From NCBI GenBank assembly GCA_963705105.1, contig CAVPIW010000011.1:1-64000 (forward strand): DNA of 64,000 nt. Direction: 5' to 3'. A program made the translations under genes and the position numbers. The notes beneath the pieces are model-generated. The model did not search any database. It saw only the letters and a list, made by a program, of their open reading frames with translations, and had not been told where the DNA came from. Numbering within the stretch: the stretch's first letter is position 1; each line of letters starts with the position of its first letter. Source of the DNA: an uncultured Nitrospiraceae bacterium (GTDB lineage: Bacteria > Nitrospirota > Thermodesulfovibrionia > Thermodesulfovibrionales > Dissulfurispiraceae). Positions 18,876 to 29,415 of this stretch are shown here, in pieces.

Positions 18876-19451
18876 ATGAAAGTCGTCGCATTTAACGGGA
18901 GCGCCCGCAGGGAGGGAAACACGTTCATTCTCCTCAATACGGTCCTTGAGGCGCTCAGGGAGGAAGGGATCGACACGGAGCTGTATCAACTGGCCGGGAA
19001 GCGCATCCAGGGCTGCATCGCCTGTTACAAGTGCTATTCCAAAAAGAACCGTCGCTGCGCCGTCGAAAAGGACATCGTCAACGAATGCATCGGCCTGATG
19101 ACAGAAGCCGACGGCATCATCCTCGGCTCTCCCACCTATTTCGCCGACCTATCCGCAGGCATCAAGGCGCTCATCGAGAGGAGCGGCATGGTCGCCAGGG
19201 CAAATGAGGACATGTTCAAGCGCAAGGCGGGCGCCGGTGTCGTCGCCGTGAGACGGGCCGGGTCGATCCACGTCTTCAACTCCCTCAACCACTTTTTTCT
19301 CATCGGCCAGATGATCATCCCGGGGTCGAGCTACTGGAACGTCGCCATCGGCAGGGATATGGGGGACGTCCTGAAGGATGAAGAGGGACTCCAGACGATG
19401 CGCACCCTCGGGCAGAATATGGCGTGGCTCCTGAAAAAAATCAGGACGTGA
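18876..19451 (+). CDS. Iron-sulfur flavoprotein / flavodoxin family protein
   Basis: NGSARREGNT, CIACYKC...C, GSPTYF. Confidence 0.9.
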   Translation: MKVVAFNGSARREGNTFILLNTVLEALREEGIDTELYQLAGKRIQGCIACYKCYSKKNRRCAVEKDIVNECIGLMTEADGIILGSPTYFADLSAGIKALIERSGMVARANEDMFKRKAGAGVVAVRRAGSIHVFNSLNHFFLIGQMIIPGSSYWNVAIGRDMGDVLKDEEGLQTMRTLGQNMAWLLKKIRT

Positions 19452-21699
19452 GGCGGCGGTAGATCTCCGTTATCCGGTTCGGCAGTTTTCGTACGTCATC
19501 GATGACGATGTAGTTCACCTCCCCGTACATGTAGGGCAGGTAGGAGGGGCCGGTCTTGTCGATGGTGATGCAGAAACAGTGAATCCCCTTCTGCTTCGCC
19601 TCAATCAGGGCCCTTCTCGTGTCCTCGATGCTGTAGTCGCCCTTATAGGCGTCCCAGTCTTCGGGCTTGCCGTCGCTGAGGGTGATGAGCAGCTTCGTCC
19701 TCGCCTCGATGCCGGCGAGGATGTGCGCCGAGTGGCGGATCGCCGGTCCCATCCTCGTATAGTCCTTCGGCTCGATGCCGGCGATGCGCTGTTTCACGTC
19801 GTCGCCGTAGTGATCGTCGAAACTCTTGATGTGGTAATACTCGCACTTTGATCTCTTCATGCCGGAGAAGCCGTAAATGGCGTACCGGTCACCGAGGGCC
19901 TCGATGGCCTCGCTCATCAGGACGAGAGATTCCTTTTCCGCCTCGTTCACCCAACCCTTCGTCGACCCGCTCATGTCGATGAGGAAGAGTACGGCGATAT
20001 TCCTTTCCTTTCTCTCGAGCTTCGTAAAGAGGTTTTCCGAGGGCGAAATCCCGGCCCTGGTGTCGGTGTAGGCGTCGACGACGGCATCGATGTCGATCCC
20101 GTCCCCTTCCTTCTGGCGCCTCAGGATGCGGGGTTCACGCTTCAGCAGCTCGAACTTCTTCCTGAGGACGCTCACATAGCCGCCGTAGCGTTTGAGAGTG
20201 TCGTCCACGAAGGGCTCATGGCCGGGGAAGAGGTCCTTCTCGTAGAGACTGCACCACCTCTTGCGGTAGCCCCCCCGCCGGTAGTCCCACTCGTCATAGA
20301 GGACTCCTCCCCCCTCGAGCTGCTCATCCTCTTCCTCGGTGAGGTCCTTCAGTGTCAGGTAACCGGCGGCGCCTCCGGACTCGCTTCCCTTGACGAGAAT
20401 GCCTCCCGGTATCCCCCCCGTTTCCCGGATGATATCCGCCACGTCACTGTCGATGCCGATCTCCCTGCCCTTGATGGCGAGGATATACCGCTCGGCCTCG
20501 TCGGGAAGTTCCGGCTCGCCCTCCTGACCGTGCCTGCGTGCAGGAAGCTCATAATCGGGAAGCTCGACAAGCTTGTTGATTATGCTCTCCAGCCTCCGGC
20601 GGAGCAACAGCCTGTGCGCCCTGAGAAACCGGGCCACACGGTCCGCCCTGATCTCGATCAGGTAGGGATGGTTGAACGAAGACCGGTAGGGGCCGCCATC
20701 GCTCAGAGCGTGATAGAGGGTCAGGGCGAGCTCAAGAGACGGCCCGGGATCGGGCGCGCTTCTGAGCAGGCCGACCCGGCCGAGGTGACGCCGCAACGCC
20801 TCAGGCATCCGCCCCTTCACCTCCCCGCAGAGGGCGATCTGGCAGATGCTCTCGATGCAGCCTTCTGCCGGAGGCATTCCGTCGACGGACGGCCTCTCCC
20901 GGAAGAGCCTCTCCTTGATCCCCGTGGTCATCCTCGCCAGCCCGGGGAGCTCCCGATCTATAAATCCGTCGAGCCGCACCATTTCGAGGGCTGCATAGAG
21001 GTCCATAGCCAGTCCGCCCTCCGGGAAGCGCTCGAAGAAATTGATGAGATAGGGGAATTCGGGACCTCCGTCGCCGAGAAAAGGTCCCAGTATTTCCCTC
21101 GGCGGATTGACGGTGCCCCCGGCGATGTGCGCCCAGAGATGGGCCGCCATGAGCTTATAGAGGAGCGCGTTGAGACGGTTGTCGCTGAACCGGTCGAGAA
21201 ACATGGGCAGATAGAGGGACGCCGTGTCGGTGTACGTCTCCGTCCCGGCTTCGACCTTCAGTTCGAGGCCGGAGATACCCCTGATGTACGGCTCGAGGGT
21301 CCCGGCGATGTCCTGGAGATACAGCCCCGACGCCTCCTGAAAGGCCCGGAGCGATTCCTCGTCGGTCTTCGAGAGGAAGGCAAAGATCCTGTCGAGGCCC
21401 TTGTCAAAGCGGTCGAAGGCCTCGGCGAGCCACCGCTCCATCTCCCGTGGTTTCAGGACCCTGGCAACCCTCTTCATGCGCTCCAGGGCGCTCGGCACAA
21501 ATGCGGCGCTCGCGTTTGAAAGGGCGTAGCAAAGGGCGAGCACCTTCTGCCTCAGCTCCGGTCCGAAGGCGTCGATCTCCGCTAGCAGAGAGGCCACCTC
21601 CTGCTCCGTCAACCCCTCGCGCTCGTAAAAAGAAATCCTGAGGTTCTTCGAGAGCTCCCGCTTGAGATACTCGATGTTTTCAACGCTCGTGAAGGCCAT
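19441..21699 (-). CDS. NorD/CbbO-like von Willebrand factor A protein
   Basis: YDEWDY, LIDMSGST MIDAS motif, YTRMGPAIRH, LSDGKPED, DTRRALIEA. Confidence 0.88.
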   Translation of the reverse strand: MAFTSVENIEYLKRELSKNLRISFYEREGLTEQEVASLLAEIDAFGPELRQKVLALCYALSNASAAFVPSALERMKRVARVLKPREMERWLAEAFDRFDKGLDRIFAFLSKTDEESLRAFQEASGLYLQDIAGTLEPYIRGISGLELKVEAGTETYTDTASLYLPMFLDRFSDNRLNALLYKLMAAHLWAHIAGGTVNPPREILGPFLGDGGPEFPYLINFFERFPEGGLAMDLYAALEMVRLDGFIDRELPGLARMTTGIKERLFRERPSVDGMPPAEGCIESICQIALCGEVKGRMPEALRRHLGRVGLLRSAPDPGPSLELALTLYHALSDGGPYRSSFNHPYLIEIRADRVARFLRAHRLLLRRRLESIINKLVELPDYELPARRHGQEGEPELPDEAERYILAIKGREIGIDSDVADIIRETGGIPGGILVKGSESGGAAGYLTLKDLTEEEDEQLEGGGVLYDEWDYRRGGYRKRWCSLYEKDLFPGHEPFVDDTLKRYGGYVSVLRKKFELLKREPRILRRQKEGDGIDIDAVVDAYTDTRAGISPSENLFTKLERKERNIAVLFLIDMSGSTKGWVNEAEKESLVLMSEAIEALGDRYAIYGFSGMKRSKCEYYHIKSFDDHYGDDVKQRIAGIEPKDYTRMGPAIRHSAHILAGIEARTKLLITLSDGKPEDWDAYKGDYSIEDTRRALIEAKQKGIHCFCITIDKTGPSYLPYMYGEVNYIVIDDVRKLPNRITEIYRRLTS

Positions 21700-21724
21700 T
21701 TCTCTCTACTCTGCTATGTCGCTG

Positions 21725-22029
21725 TGTCCGAAATAACCCGGCACGAGGATAGGGCATGATTTCTTCGCAAAATAAACCCTTATCACCGCAATGAGATCTC
21801 AGGAAAGACGGGGCGAATGCGCCGAAAAGCATCGGTGCTGCGAAACCTCTGCCTTCCCGTACAGACCATTGCAGACCAAAGATCGAACAAAATTAACCTT
21901 TTACGGACACTCACACTGACACTGACACTGTTTTTCGGAGCGTTTTGCACCGTCTTTTCGTGCAAGGCACCCGTGAATTTTGCTTCAGTAACCAAACCCT
22001 ATCCTCGTTTTCAATATCTCGCTGCAAGT
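21725..22029 (+). repeat. Repeat element D with nested element B (about 21774-21967)
   Basis: Near-identical to the 18151 copy except the second half of the B interior is the hexamer module. Confidence 0.85.
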
Positions 22030-22231
22030 AACCCTCATCGTTGCAATACACGCCCGGGAAAGGCGGGGCGTATGCGCCGAAAACCTTGCTGCGGCGACAC
22101 CTTAACCGTCCGAAAGACGAAGTTTCAACGAGATGGTCGAAAAAGTGAGCTTTTTTACTGACACTGACACTCACACTGACACTGTTTTTCAGAGCGTTTC
22201 GCCCCGCCTTTCAATGCAACTATAGGGCTTA
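22030..22231 (+). repeat. Repeat element B, complete
   Basis: taaccctcatcgttgcaat...gggaaaggcggggcgtatgcgcc...gagcgtttcgccccgcctttcaatgcaactatagggctta. Confidence 0.9.
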
Positions 22232-22395
22232 TTCATCCCCAGACCACCCTTTGCCGTGTCTGTTGATGCCGAAAGCCCGCCAGGCACCAGGCGCTGAACA
22301 CCTTGTCATGTCTCATCATCGCATTGGAAAGGCTTTGAACCATATCTGCCTGCCCGGAGCAACCTCTTCGCCCTGCCTTTGTCATGCAACTGAAG
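22230..22395 (+). repeat. 5'-truncated element A (22230-22355) followed by a B right end
   Basis: tattcatccccagaccaccctttgccgtg...aaccatatctgcctgccc, then cgccctgcctttgtcatgcaac. Confidence 0.85.
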
Positions 22396-24064
22396 ACGCA
22401 CACTTCTTTGCCTCCTCATATTCCTCCCAAAGCTCTTCCTTCCCGACCCCTGCATCGATGAAGTCCCAGGGAAGCACCTCGTCGTATTCCCGCTGCCTTG
22501 AAATGTAGAAGTCCGGGTCCACCTTCGCAGTCCTGCACGCCTTCATCCAGTCCCCCTCCCGTCCCATGGCAGTGAGGATCTTGAAGACCCTCCGGTCGCC
22601 CAGCGATAAGAGGCCCTGCATGCGGGCATATTTCGGCACGTCGTGAAACACGCGCACGCCTCTCACGTCTTTCAGGCCCTTTGTGATGATCCTGAGTTTC
22701 CTCTTCAGGTCATCCTGCTGATCCATGGGATGCCACTGAAACGGCGTAAAGGGCTTCGGTACAAAGGTGCTGACACTGACGGTGACCGTGCCGCGACCGG
22801 AAGTCCCTCTTGCCTTCCTGACGAGATCCACGATGCCCTTCACATCGTCGTCGTTTTCCCAGGGAAGACCGACCATGAAATAGAGCCTCAGATTTTCGAG
22901 GCCCATCCCGAGAATGAGGGCAGCCGTTTCGATGATGTCCGCCTCTCCGATCCTCTTGTGGATGATCCTCCGCATCCTCTCCGTGCCGGCCTCGGGCGCA
23001 ATGGAGACGCTCTTTTTCGATTTCAGGAACTCAAGCAGCACGGCGCTCTGCCTGCTCGACCGCAGAGAGGTGATCGAAAAATCGACGTCTTGGATGCGGA
23101 GCACCTCCTCAATATGAGGGTAGTCGGTGAGAGAGGGGCCGATGAGACCGATTTTCCGACCTGTCTGCTGCGCCGTCCCGATCTCACGTTTCACCGCCTC
23201 CACATCCTTCTTCCGGACGGGTGCACAGAGATGACCGACGAGGCAGAAGCGGCATTTCCAGGGACATCCGCGCATGACCTCGACGAGATGCATATTCGAG
23301 AATTCCGACTCAGGCGTGGTGACAGCGCCCCTGATGGGCGATGCCGACAGGTCTTTCAGGTATCTCCGGCGAACCTTCTCCTGCGCCCCTTCCCGGGAAG
23401 TCATACGGACGATGGTCCCGTTTTCCCGGTATGCGACGTCATACAGTTCCGGGACGTAGAGGCCCGGCAACGTCGCCGCCCATTGTGTGAGCGACGCCCT
23501 GTCCCGTCCCGGGCCGCCCTGCCCCCGGGGCGCGTTCCGTCTCGCATCGGCGAAGATATCGAGAAACTCATCGAGCGACTCGTCCGCTTCGCCGATGAAT
23601 ATGAGATCGAAGAGCGGGGCGACAGGCTCGGGGTTAGCCGTAACGCAGATCCCGCCGCCAATCACCAAAGGGTGATAGGGGGTCCTCTCCTCCGGTGTCA
23701 GAGGGACCCGCGCGAGCTCGAGCATCGTCAGCACGTTGGGGTAGTCGTTCTCGAAGGACAGTGAAAAAGCGATGATGTCGAACCGTTCGAGGGGAGTCTT
23801 CGTTTCGTAGGAGAAGAGAGGCGTCTTCGTCCTCCCGTATTCCGGCAGGTCCTTGTCAGCGGGCAGGAACACCCGTTCGCAGACGACGTCGTCACGCCTG
23901 TTCAGGAGGCCGTAGATCCCCAGGAACCCGAGGTTCGACATGCCGACGCCATAGCTGTTCGGGTAGGCAAGACAAACCATGATCCTGCCTTCATGATCCT
24001 TGCGGACCGTCCCTTTCTCCTGCCCGAGAAGACTGTCGACGGTCCCGGCGAGCCTGCGGTTCAC
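22382..24064 (-). CDS. B12-binding-domain radical SAM protein
   Basis: YPNSYGVGMSNLG, RGCPWKCRFC (CxxxCxxC), APEAGTERMR, FVPKPFTPFQW. Confidence 0.9.
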   Translation of the reverse strand: MNRRLAGTVDSLLGQEKGTVRKDHEGRIMVCLAYPNSYGVGMSNLGFLGIYGLLNRRDDVVCERVFLPADKDLPEYGRTKTPLFSYETKTPLERFDIIAFSLSFENDYPNVLTMLELARVPLTPEERTPYHPLVIGGGICVTANPEPVAPLFDLIFIGEADESLDEFLDIFADARRNAPRGQGGPGRDRASLTQWAATLPGLYVPELYDVAYRENGTIVRMTSREGAQEKVRRRYLKDLSASPIRGAVTTPESEFSNMHLVEVMRGCPWKCRFCLVGHLCAPVRKKDVEAVKREIGTAQQTGRKIGLIGPSLTDYPHIEEVLRIQDVDFSITSLRSSRQSAVLLEFLKSKKSVSIAPEAGTERMRRIIHKRIGEADIIETAALILGMGLENLRLYFMVGLPWENDDDVKGIVDLVRKARGTSGRGTVTVSVSTFVPKPFTPFQWHPMDQQDDLKRKLRIITKGLKDVRGVRVFHDVPKYARMQGLLSLGDRRVFKILTAMGREGDWMKACRTAKVDPDFYISRQREYDEVLPWDFIDAGVGKEELWEEYEEAKKCASSVA

Positions 24065-25354
24065 CTAATTCCCGCGTTCTTTTCTCAGGAAGGTCGGGAT
24101 GTCGTACATGTCCTCGACGGGAAAATCGGGCGTCGCGTCTTTGGGCGGATCTTTTTCGCTGCCCGGCGACACATCTGCCGGTCCCTGCTGCTCCGGGACG
24201 CCGGCCGCGTCCTGTTCTCCCGATGAAGAGGACCCGACCCGGGGAGGTGGCGGCAATGTAATCTCCTCGGCCTTCCCGGAAGGCGCCCTCGATGGAAAAT
24301 CGATGCTCTTCGAGAGCAGCCGATCCGAAGCCTTCAGGCCGAAAGGCTCCCTCTTCGGCGCCCATTTCTTGATCGACGGGATTTCAGGTCTTTCGACGGG
24401 CTCATCGAGACCGGTGGCGATGACGGTCACCCTCACCTCGTCATCCATATCGGCGTTGATGACGGCGCCGAGGATGATGTTCGCATCCTCGTGAGCGGAG
24501 TCATGGATGAGCGATGCCGCGTCCTGGACGGTGTCAAGGGACATGGTGAGCCCGCCGGTGATGTTGATGAGGATACCCTTCGCGCCCTCGATGGACGATT
24601 CTTCGAGGAGCGGGTTCGAAATCGCCTTTTTCGCCGCTTCGAAGGCTGCGTTTTCGCCCTTGCCCATGCCTGTCCCGATGACCGCCTTTCCGGCGTTCTC
24701 CATGACCGTCTTGACATCGGCGAAGTCGAGGTTGATGAGTCCGGGGACGACGATCAGGTCGGAGATGCCCTGGATCGCCTGCTTCAGGACTTCATTCGCC
24801 ACGGAGAAGGATTTCAGGAGGGGAGTTCCCTTGTCGACGACGAGATGGATGCGGTCATTGGGGATCACGATCAGCGTGTCGACATTCATTCTCAGCTCGC
24901 GGATGCCCTCCTCCGCATTGATCGCCCTCTTTCTGCCCTCGTAGTAGAAAGGCTTTGTGACGACGGCCACGGTGAGAATGCGCAGTTCTTTGGCGACGGC
25001 TGCAATGACCGGGCTCGCACCGGTCCCTGTCCCGCCGCCCATCCCTGCCGTTATGAAGATCATGTCGGCGCCCTCCATGCAGGAGATCAGGGTTTCGCGG
25101 TCTTCGATGGCGGCCTGCCTTCCGATTGAGGGGTTCGCACCGGCGCCGAGTCCCTTGGTGATCTCCCTGCCGATCTGCACCTTCAGGGGGGCGAGCGATT
25201 CTTCGAGATGCTGATTGTCCGTATTGACGGCGATGAATTCGACACCCAGCAGACTCGTGGCGACCATCGAATTGATGGCGTTGCCCCCCCCTCCGCCGAC
25301 GCCCACGACCTTGATCCTCGCGACCATCTTCTCTTCCTCTACCAGCTCAAACAT
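24065..25354 (-). CDS. ftsZ: Cell division protein FtsZ
   Basis: GVGGGGGNA, GMGGGTGTG tubulin signature, NLDFAD, C-terminal DIPTFLRK. Confidence 0.98.
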   Translation of the reverse strand: MFELVEEEKMVARIKVVGVGGGGGNAINSMVATSLLGVEFIAVNTDNQHLEESLAPLKVQIGREITKGLGAGANPSIGRQAAIEDRETLISCMEGADMIFITAGMGGGTGTGASPVIAAVAKELRILTVAVVTKPFYYEGRKRAINAEEGIRELRMNVDTLIVIPNDRIHLVVDKGTPLLKSFSVANEVLKQAIQGISDLIVVPGLINLDFADVKTVMENAGKAVIGTGMGKGENAAFEAAKKAISNPLLEESSIEGAKGILINITGGLTMSLDTVQDAASLIHDSAHEDANIILGAVINADMDDEVRVTVIATGLDEPVERPEIPSIKKWAPKREPFGLKASDRLLSKSIDFPSRAPSGKAEEITLPPPPRVGSSSSGEQDAAGVPEQQGPADVSPGSEKDPPKDATPDFPVEDMYDIPTFLRKERGN

Positions 25355-25465
25355 GACACCCTCCTCGCAGACACGTCTCTATCCTCTATAAAACACTAGT
25401 CATTATTCATTAGTCATTAAGAACAAAACACCGTCAGGCAAACAGGCACTGTAAATGCTCCCTTT

Positions 25466-25802
25466 TACCTTATCGTTGCATACGCCTTCCGGAAAGGCGG
25501 GGTGTATGCGCCACCGGACAGTAAACAATAGACAGTAGTCGGGAAAAGGCCACGAACAGCCGGCGGGAAGGTTGATGTGGTGAAAAGCCTTTCCGCTAAG
25601 ATACCGTATTCATCCCCGGACCACACGTTGCCGTGTCTATCGATACCAAAATCCCGTCAGGCAACAGGCGCTGAACACCTGGAAAAGTCTCATCATCGCA
25701 TTGGAAAGGCTTTGAACCATATCTGCCTTCCCGGCATCAACGCCTCGATCAGCAAGGCTTTGAGGCGCTTTGCCCCGCCTTTTCATACAACAGAAAGGTT
25801 TA
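25466..25802 (+). repeat. Element B containing heptamers and a full element A (25565-25732); hexamers follow to about 25832
   Basis: taccttatcgttgcatacgccttccggaaaggcgggg...[A]...gcgctttgccccgccttttcatacaacagaaaggttta. Confidence 0.9.
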
Positions 25803-25836
25803 CTCTCACTCACACTCGTACTCACACTGTCATTGT

Positions 25837-27138
25837 TCATCCCCTCCATGTCACCTTCTGGAACCAGCCCTTCATCTTGTCGAGAACATCCGCAAAGAGA
25901 TTCCCTGAGGCCATGTCGGGGAAGTCGGACCTCATCATCTGGCCGCCGAACATCACAAGCCCGATTCCCGTGGCGTACATAGGGCTGTTCAGCTCTATCC
26001 GGAGCATCGGTGCGACCTCCTGCCGGCCTGCCGCAACGGCCTCCCGGCCGGGGCCACGGCAGGGTACGTTTCCGGGAAACCCCACCCGCACAGGCAGAGA
26101 CAGCTCCGCCTCGGCAAGCCTGTCGAATCCCGTCAGGAGCGACGCTCCGCCGGTGAGCACCACTCCTGACAAGGTAAAACCCTGTTCCTGGATCCTGTCG
26201 AGATCGTTCCTGATCAGGGCGAGCAGTTCTTCGCCCCGGGGCTGAAGGATCTCCGTCACGCAGGTCCTCTCCATGTGCTGCACCTGCCCGTCGATCGACA
26301 CAACGTTCATAAAACCCGCCTGTTTCCCCTCTCTGCGGATCACGGAGCCGAATTCCTTCTTGATCCGCTCGGCCTCCTGAAAGGTGATCTTCAGCCCCAC
26401 GGAGAGGTCATTGGTGAAATGATTCCCACCGATCCCGATGACGGAGGCATGCCTGAGCCATCCGTCACGGTAGACGGCGATGTCCGTCGTGCCCCCGCCG
26501 ATATCGACGAGGGCGATGCCCGACTCTCTTTCGTCGGCGGACAGCGTCGCCTCGGCGGAAGCGAGGGGCTGCATGACGATATCCAGCACCTTCCTCTGTG
26601 CCCGCTCGCAGCAGCTTATGAGATTCTGCACGGATGCGACAGAACCGGTCACGATATAGACCTTCACCTCCAGCTTGTCACCGGCGAGACCCACGGGGTC
26701 CCTGATACCCGCCCGGCCGTCGAGGATGAAGTCCGTCGGCAGCACATGGAGAATCTCGCGGTCGAGGGGAACGTACACGGCGCTTGCCGCATCGATGGCC
26801 CGTTCCACGTCTTCCTGTGTCACTGTCCGTCCCCTGACGGTCACGGCCCCGTGGCTGTCCAGGCTCTTCACGTGGCTTCCCGCTATGCCGACGAATACAT
26901 CCCTGATCGGGATTCCCGCCTGTTCCTCCGCCCCCGCGACAGCCCGGCTTATGGCCTCTGCAGCGGCATCGACATCGGTCACCACACCCTTACGGAGTCC
27001 CTTCGACGGACCGGAGCTGAGGGCGATGATTTCGAGCCCCTTTGAGCCGACCGTTGCGACGATGGCGCAGATCTTCGTCGTGCCCACATCGAGACCGACG
27101 ACATATCTAACGCCCTTTCTTCTTTTTATTCCGGTCAT
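25837..27138 (-). CDS. ftsA: Cell division protein FtsA
   Basis: GLDVGTTKI, DIGGGTTD, GVVLTGG, PMYATGIGL. Confidence 0.97.
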   Translation of the reverse strand: MTGIKRRKGVRYVVGLDVGTTKICAIVATVGSKGLEIIALSSGPSKGLRKGVVTDVDAAAEAISRAVAGAEEQAGIPIRDVFVGIAGSHVKSLDSHGAVTVRGRTVTQEDVERAIDAASAVYVPLDREILHVLPTDFILDGRAGIRDPVGLAGDKLEVKVYIVTGSVASVQNLISCCERAQRKVLDIVMQPLASAEATLSADERESGIALVDIGGGTTDIAVYRDGWLRHASVIGIGGNHFTNDLSVGLKITFQEAERIKKEFGSVIRREGKQAGFMNVVSIDGQVQHMERTCVTEILQPRGEELLALIRNDLDRIQEQGFTLSGVVLTGGASLLTGFDRLAEAELSLPVRVGFPGNVPCRGPGREAVAAGRQEVAPMLRIELNSPMYATGIGLVMFGGQMMRSDFPDMASGNLFADVLDKMKGWFQKVTWRG

Positions 27139-27937
27139 GCCTGGTCTCTTTTGCGACAGCCGGTTTCGCCGGCCGCGGCGCCTTCGCAGGTTCAGTCACG
27201 TGCTCCACGGGCTGGACGATGATCCTGTTGGCGAACCGCAGATCGATGGACGCCACTTCGATGTTTCTCTTCCTGATTTCATCCTTCACAAACTGGAGTC
27301 TCTCAAGCTTTTTCTCGAAATCTCCGCTTCCCACCCTGACCGGTATGCCGTCGATCCTGAGCGTGATCTCCTCCGGCTTCTTCCCCGTCACTTCCATGTT
27401 GCCGTCAAGGACGAGCACCTTTCTCTCGTTGAGAAACCGCAGGAACGATATCACCTCGCGATAGGCCTCCCCGTTGTCCGTCGGATTGATATCCCGGATA
27501 ACGGGAAGAAAGAGGGTCGTGTCCTCACGCATCCTCTCAAGGACGATGCCGTCCTTGTCGATGAGGAAAGGATCATCCTTTATGATGAGCAGGGCCACCG
27601 GCACAGCCTCACGGATACGGATTTCAACGGTCCCCGAAAGGTCCCTCCGAATGGCGGCATCTTTTATCCACGGCGATTTGATGAGTCTCTGATGAATTTC
27701 CGCAGGGGAGAGACGGAAGAGGTTGTCTTTGACTTTCAGACCCGACAGGCCCCTCAGTTCGTCTTCCTTGATGTGGTGGTTGCCGACGAAGGATATATCG
27801 GTAATAACGAGGGCATGGGCGGTGAGGTAGTACAGCAGGGCACCTGAGACGGACGCGAGAAGGACAAGAGATAACACAAAGCGGAGCCTTTTTTTCTCCT
27901 GCCTTTTTTTCAGGGTTCTCTTGCTTCTTCCTATCAC
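27107..27937 (-). CDS. ftsQ: Cell division protein FtsQ/DivIB
   Basis: Basic N-terminus, single TM, POTRA ([11 protein letters not shown]), IDLRF; lies between ddl and ftsA. Confidence 0.9.
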   Translation of the reverse strand: MIGRSKRTLKKRQEKKRLRFVLSLVLLASVSGALLYYLTAHALVITDISFVGNHHIKEDELRGLSGLKVKDNLFRLSPAEIHQRLIKSPWIKDAAIRRDLSGTVEIRIREAVPVALLIIKDDPFLIDKDGIVLERMREDTTLFLPVIRDINPTDNGEAYREVISFLRFLNERKVLVLDGNMEVTGKKPEEITLRIDGIPVRVGSGDFEKKLERLQFVKDEIRKRNIEVASIDLRFANRIIVQPVEHVTEPAKAPRPAKPAVAKETRHDRNKKKKGR

Positions 27938-28920
27938 TCTTTCCCGGCTTCTCCCATTGCAAGGCTGAGGATTTTACCGACAAGATCACGAAAGGACAGA
28001 CCGGACAGGCGGGCGATCTTGGGCAGGAGGCTCGTTTCGGTCATGCCGGGGATCGTGTTCACTTCGAGCACATAGGGTGTGCCGGAATCGGAGAGGATCA
28101 GGTCGACTCTCGTGGCGCCGGCGCATCCGAGGGCGTTGTGCGCCTTCAGCGCCGTCTGCCTGAGGATCTCGTATTCCTCGGCGCTCACCTCGGGAGGCAG
28201 GATGTATTCCGTCATGCCGGCAGTGTATTTCGCCTCATAGCTGTAGAATTCGAGGGACGGCCTGACCTCCACGCCGCCGAGGATCGTGCTGCCCAGTATC
28301 CCGATCTGGATCTCCTTCCCCTTGATGTACTGCTCGACGATCACCCTGTCGCCGTATTCGAATGCCGCGTCGAGGGCCGGGCCTGCCTCGGCGGTGGACC
28401 TGACGATGCTCACTCCGATACTCGATCCCTCGGCTGCAGGCTTGATCACCCAGGGCAGGTCAAAGGAAAGGGGCAGTGTTCCGTAAGGGGGAATATCGAC
28501 ACCTCCGGCGGCATCACCGGGATGCCCGGTCGATATGCCTCTTTGCAGCACGATGAAAGGCGCAACGGGGACGCCGTGAAAGGAGAAGAGCTTCTTGGAC
28601 GCAACCTTGTCCATGGCCAGGGCCGATGCCAGCACGCCCGATCCCGTATAGGGTATTCCCATGACCTCCAGGAGGCCCTGAACGGCGCCGTTCTCACCCA
28701 CCCCTCCATGAAGGGCGATGAAGGCGACGTCGACGGCTTCTTTCCTGAGCGTCTCACAGACCTGCGAGGAGGCATCGATGAAGACGGAATCATGGCCGAG
28801 ATCCAAAAGGGCCTGGTGAATCGCGGAGCCCGTTCTGAGCGAAACGTCCCGTTCCTCCGACGTTCCCCCCGCGAGCACTCCTATGCGTTTTCCCTTCATC
28901 GTCCGGTCCCTCCGTTCCAT
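27934..28920 (-). CDS. ddl: D-alanine-D-alanine ligase
   Basis: [40 protein letters not shown]. Confidence 0.96.
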   Translation of the reverse strand: MERRDRTMKGKRIGVLAGGTSEERDVSLRTGSAIHQALLDLGHDSVFIDASSQVCETLRKEAVDVAFIALHGGVGENGAVQGLLEVMGIPYTGSGVLASALAMDKVASKKLFSFHGVPVAPFIVLQRGISTGHPGDAAGGVDIPPYGTLPLSFDLPWVIKPAAEGSSIGVSIVRSTAEAGPALDAAFEYGDRVIVEQYIKGKEIQIGILGSTILGGVEVRPSLEFYSYEAKYTAGMTEYILPPEVSAEEYEILRQTALKAHNALGCAGATRVDLILSDSGTPYVLEVNTIPGMTETSLLPKIARLSGLSFRDLVGKILSLAMGEAGKE

Positions 28921-29010
28921 GGAATCATAAGTTGCCGCGTCGAACCAATAACGTAATAGTTTACATCAATTGCGCATGTGATATCACTCCTCTTATCCTG
29001 AGGTTACCTT

Positions 29011-29350
29011 ATCTTTGCAGTTGCATGAAAAGGCAGGGCGAAGATGCCACTAAGCAGGAAGCAATAGACAGTAGGCTGCGGTGGGAATGAGACGACATAT
29101 GCACCGACGGGAAGGCTGATGTGGTGAAAAGCCTTTCCGCTAAGATACCGCATTCATCCCCAGACCACACTTTGCCTTGTCAACCGATAACAAAAGCCCG
29201 TCAGGCAACAGGCGCTGAACACCTGGAAAGGTCTTATCATCGCATTGGAAAGGCTTTGAACCATATCTGCCTTCCCGTCGGCAGCATCGCATTCAGTAAG
29301 ACTCCAAGGCATTCGCCCCGCCTTTCCGGATGGCCTATGCAACGTTCAGA
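29011..29350 (-). repeat. Element B in minus orientation containing element A in plus orientation (29109-29276)
   Basis: Opens with the reverse of the B right end (gcagttgcatgaaaaggcagggcg) and closes with the reverse of the B left end (cgccccgcctttccggatggcctatgcaac). Confidence 0.8.
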
Positions 29351-29415
29351 GCGTTCAGAGAACGGCACCTGCCGATCAAGTTGGCGTTGTCCTGCGAATT
29401 GTGCTATAAAGGTCC

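Noticed and set aside
25577..26245. Recurrent ORFs MVKSLSAKIPYSSPDHTLPC... and MVQSLSNAMMR... (also at 29121, 32248, 58830) as a protein family
   Set aside because: They are translations of element A. The frame is broken in the 18633 copy (extra base) and the 60340 copy (in-frame TGA), with no RBS or consistent stop.
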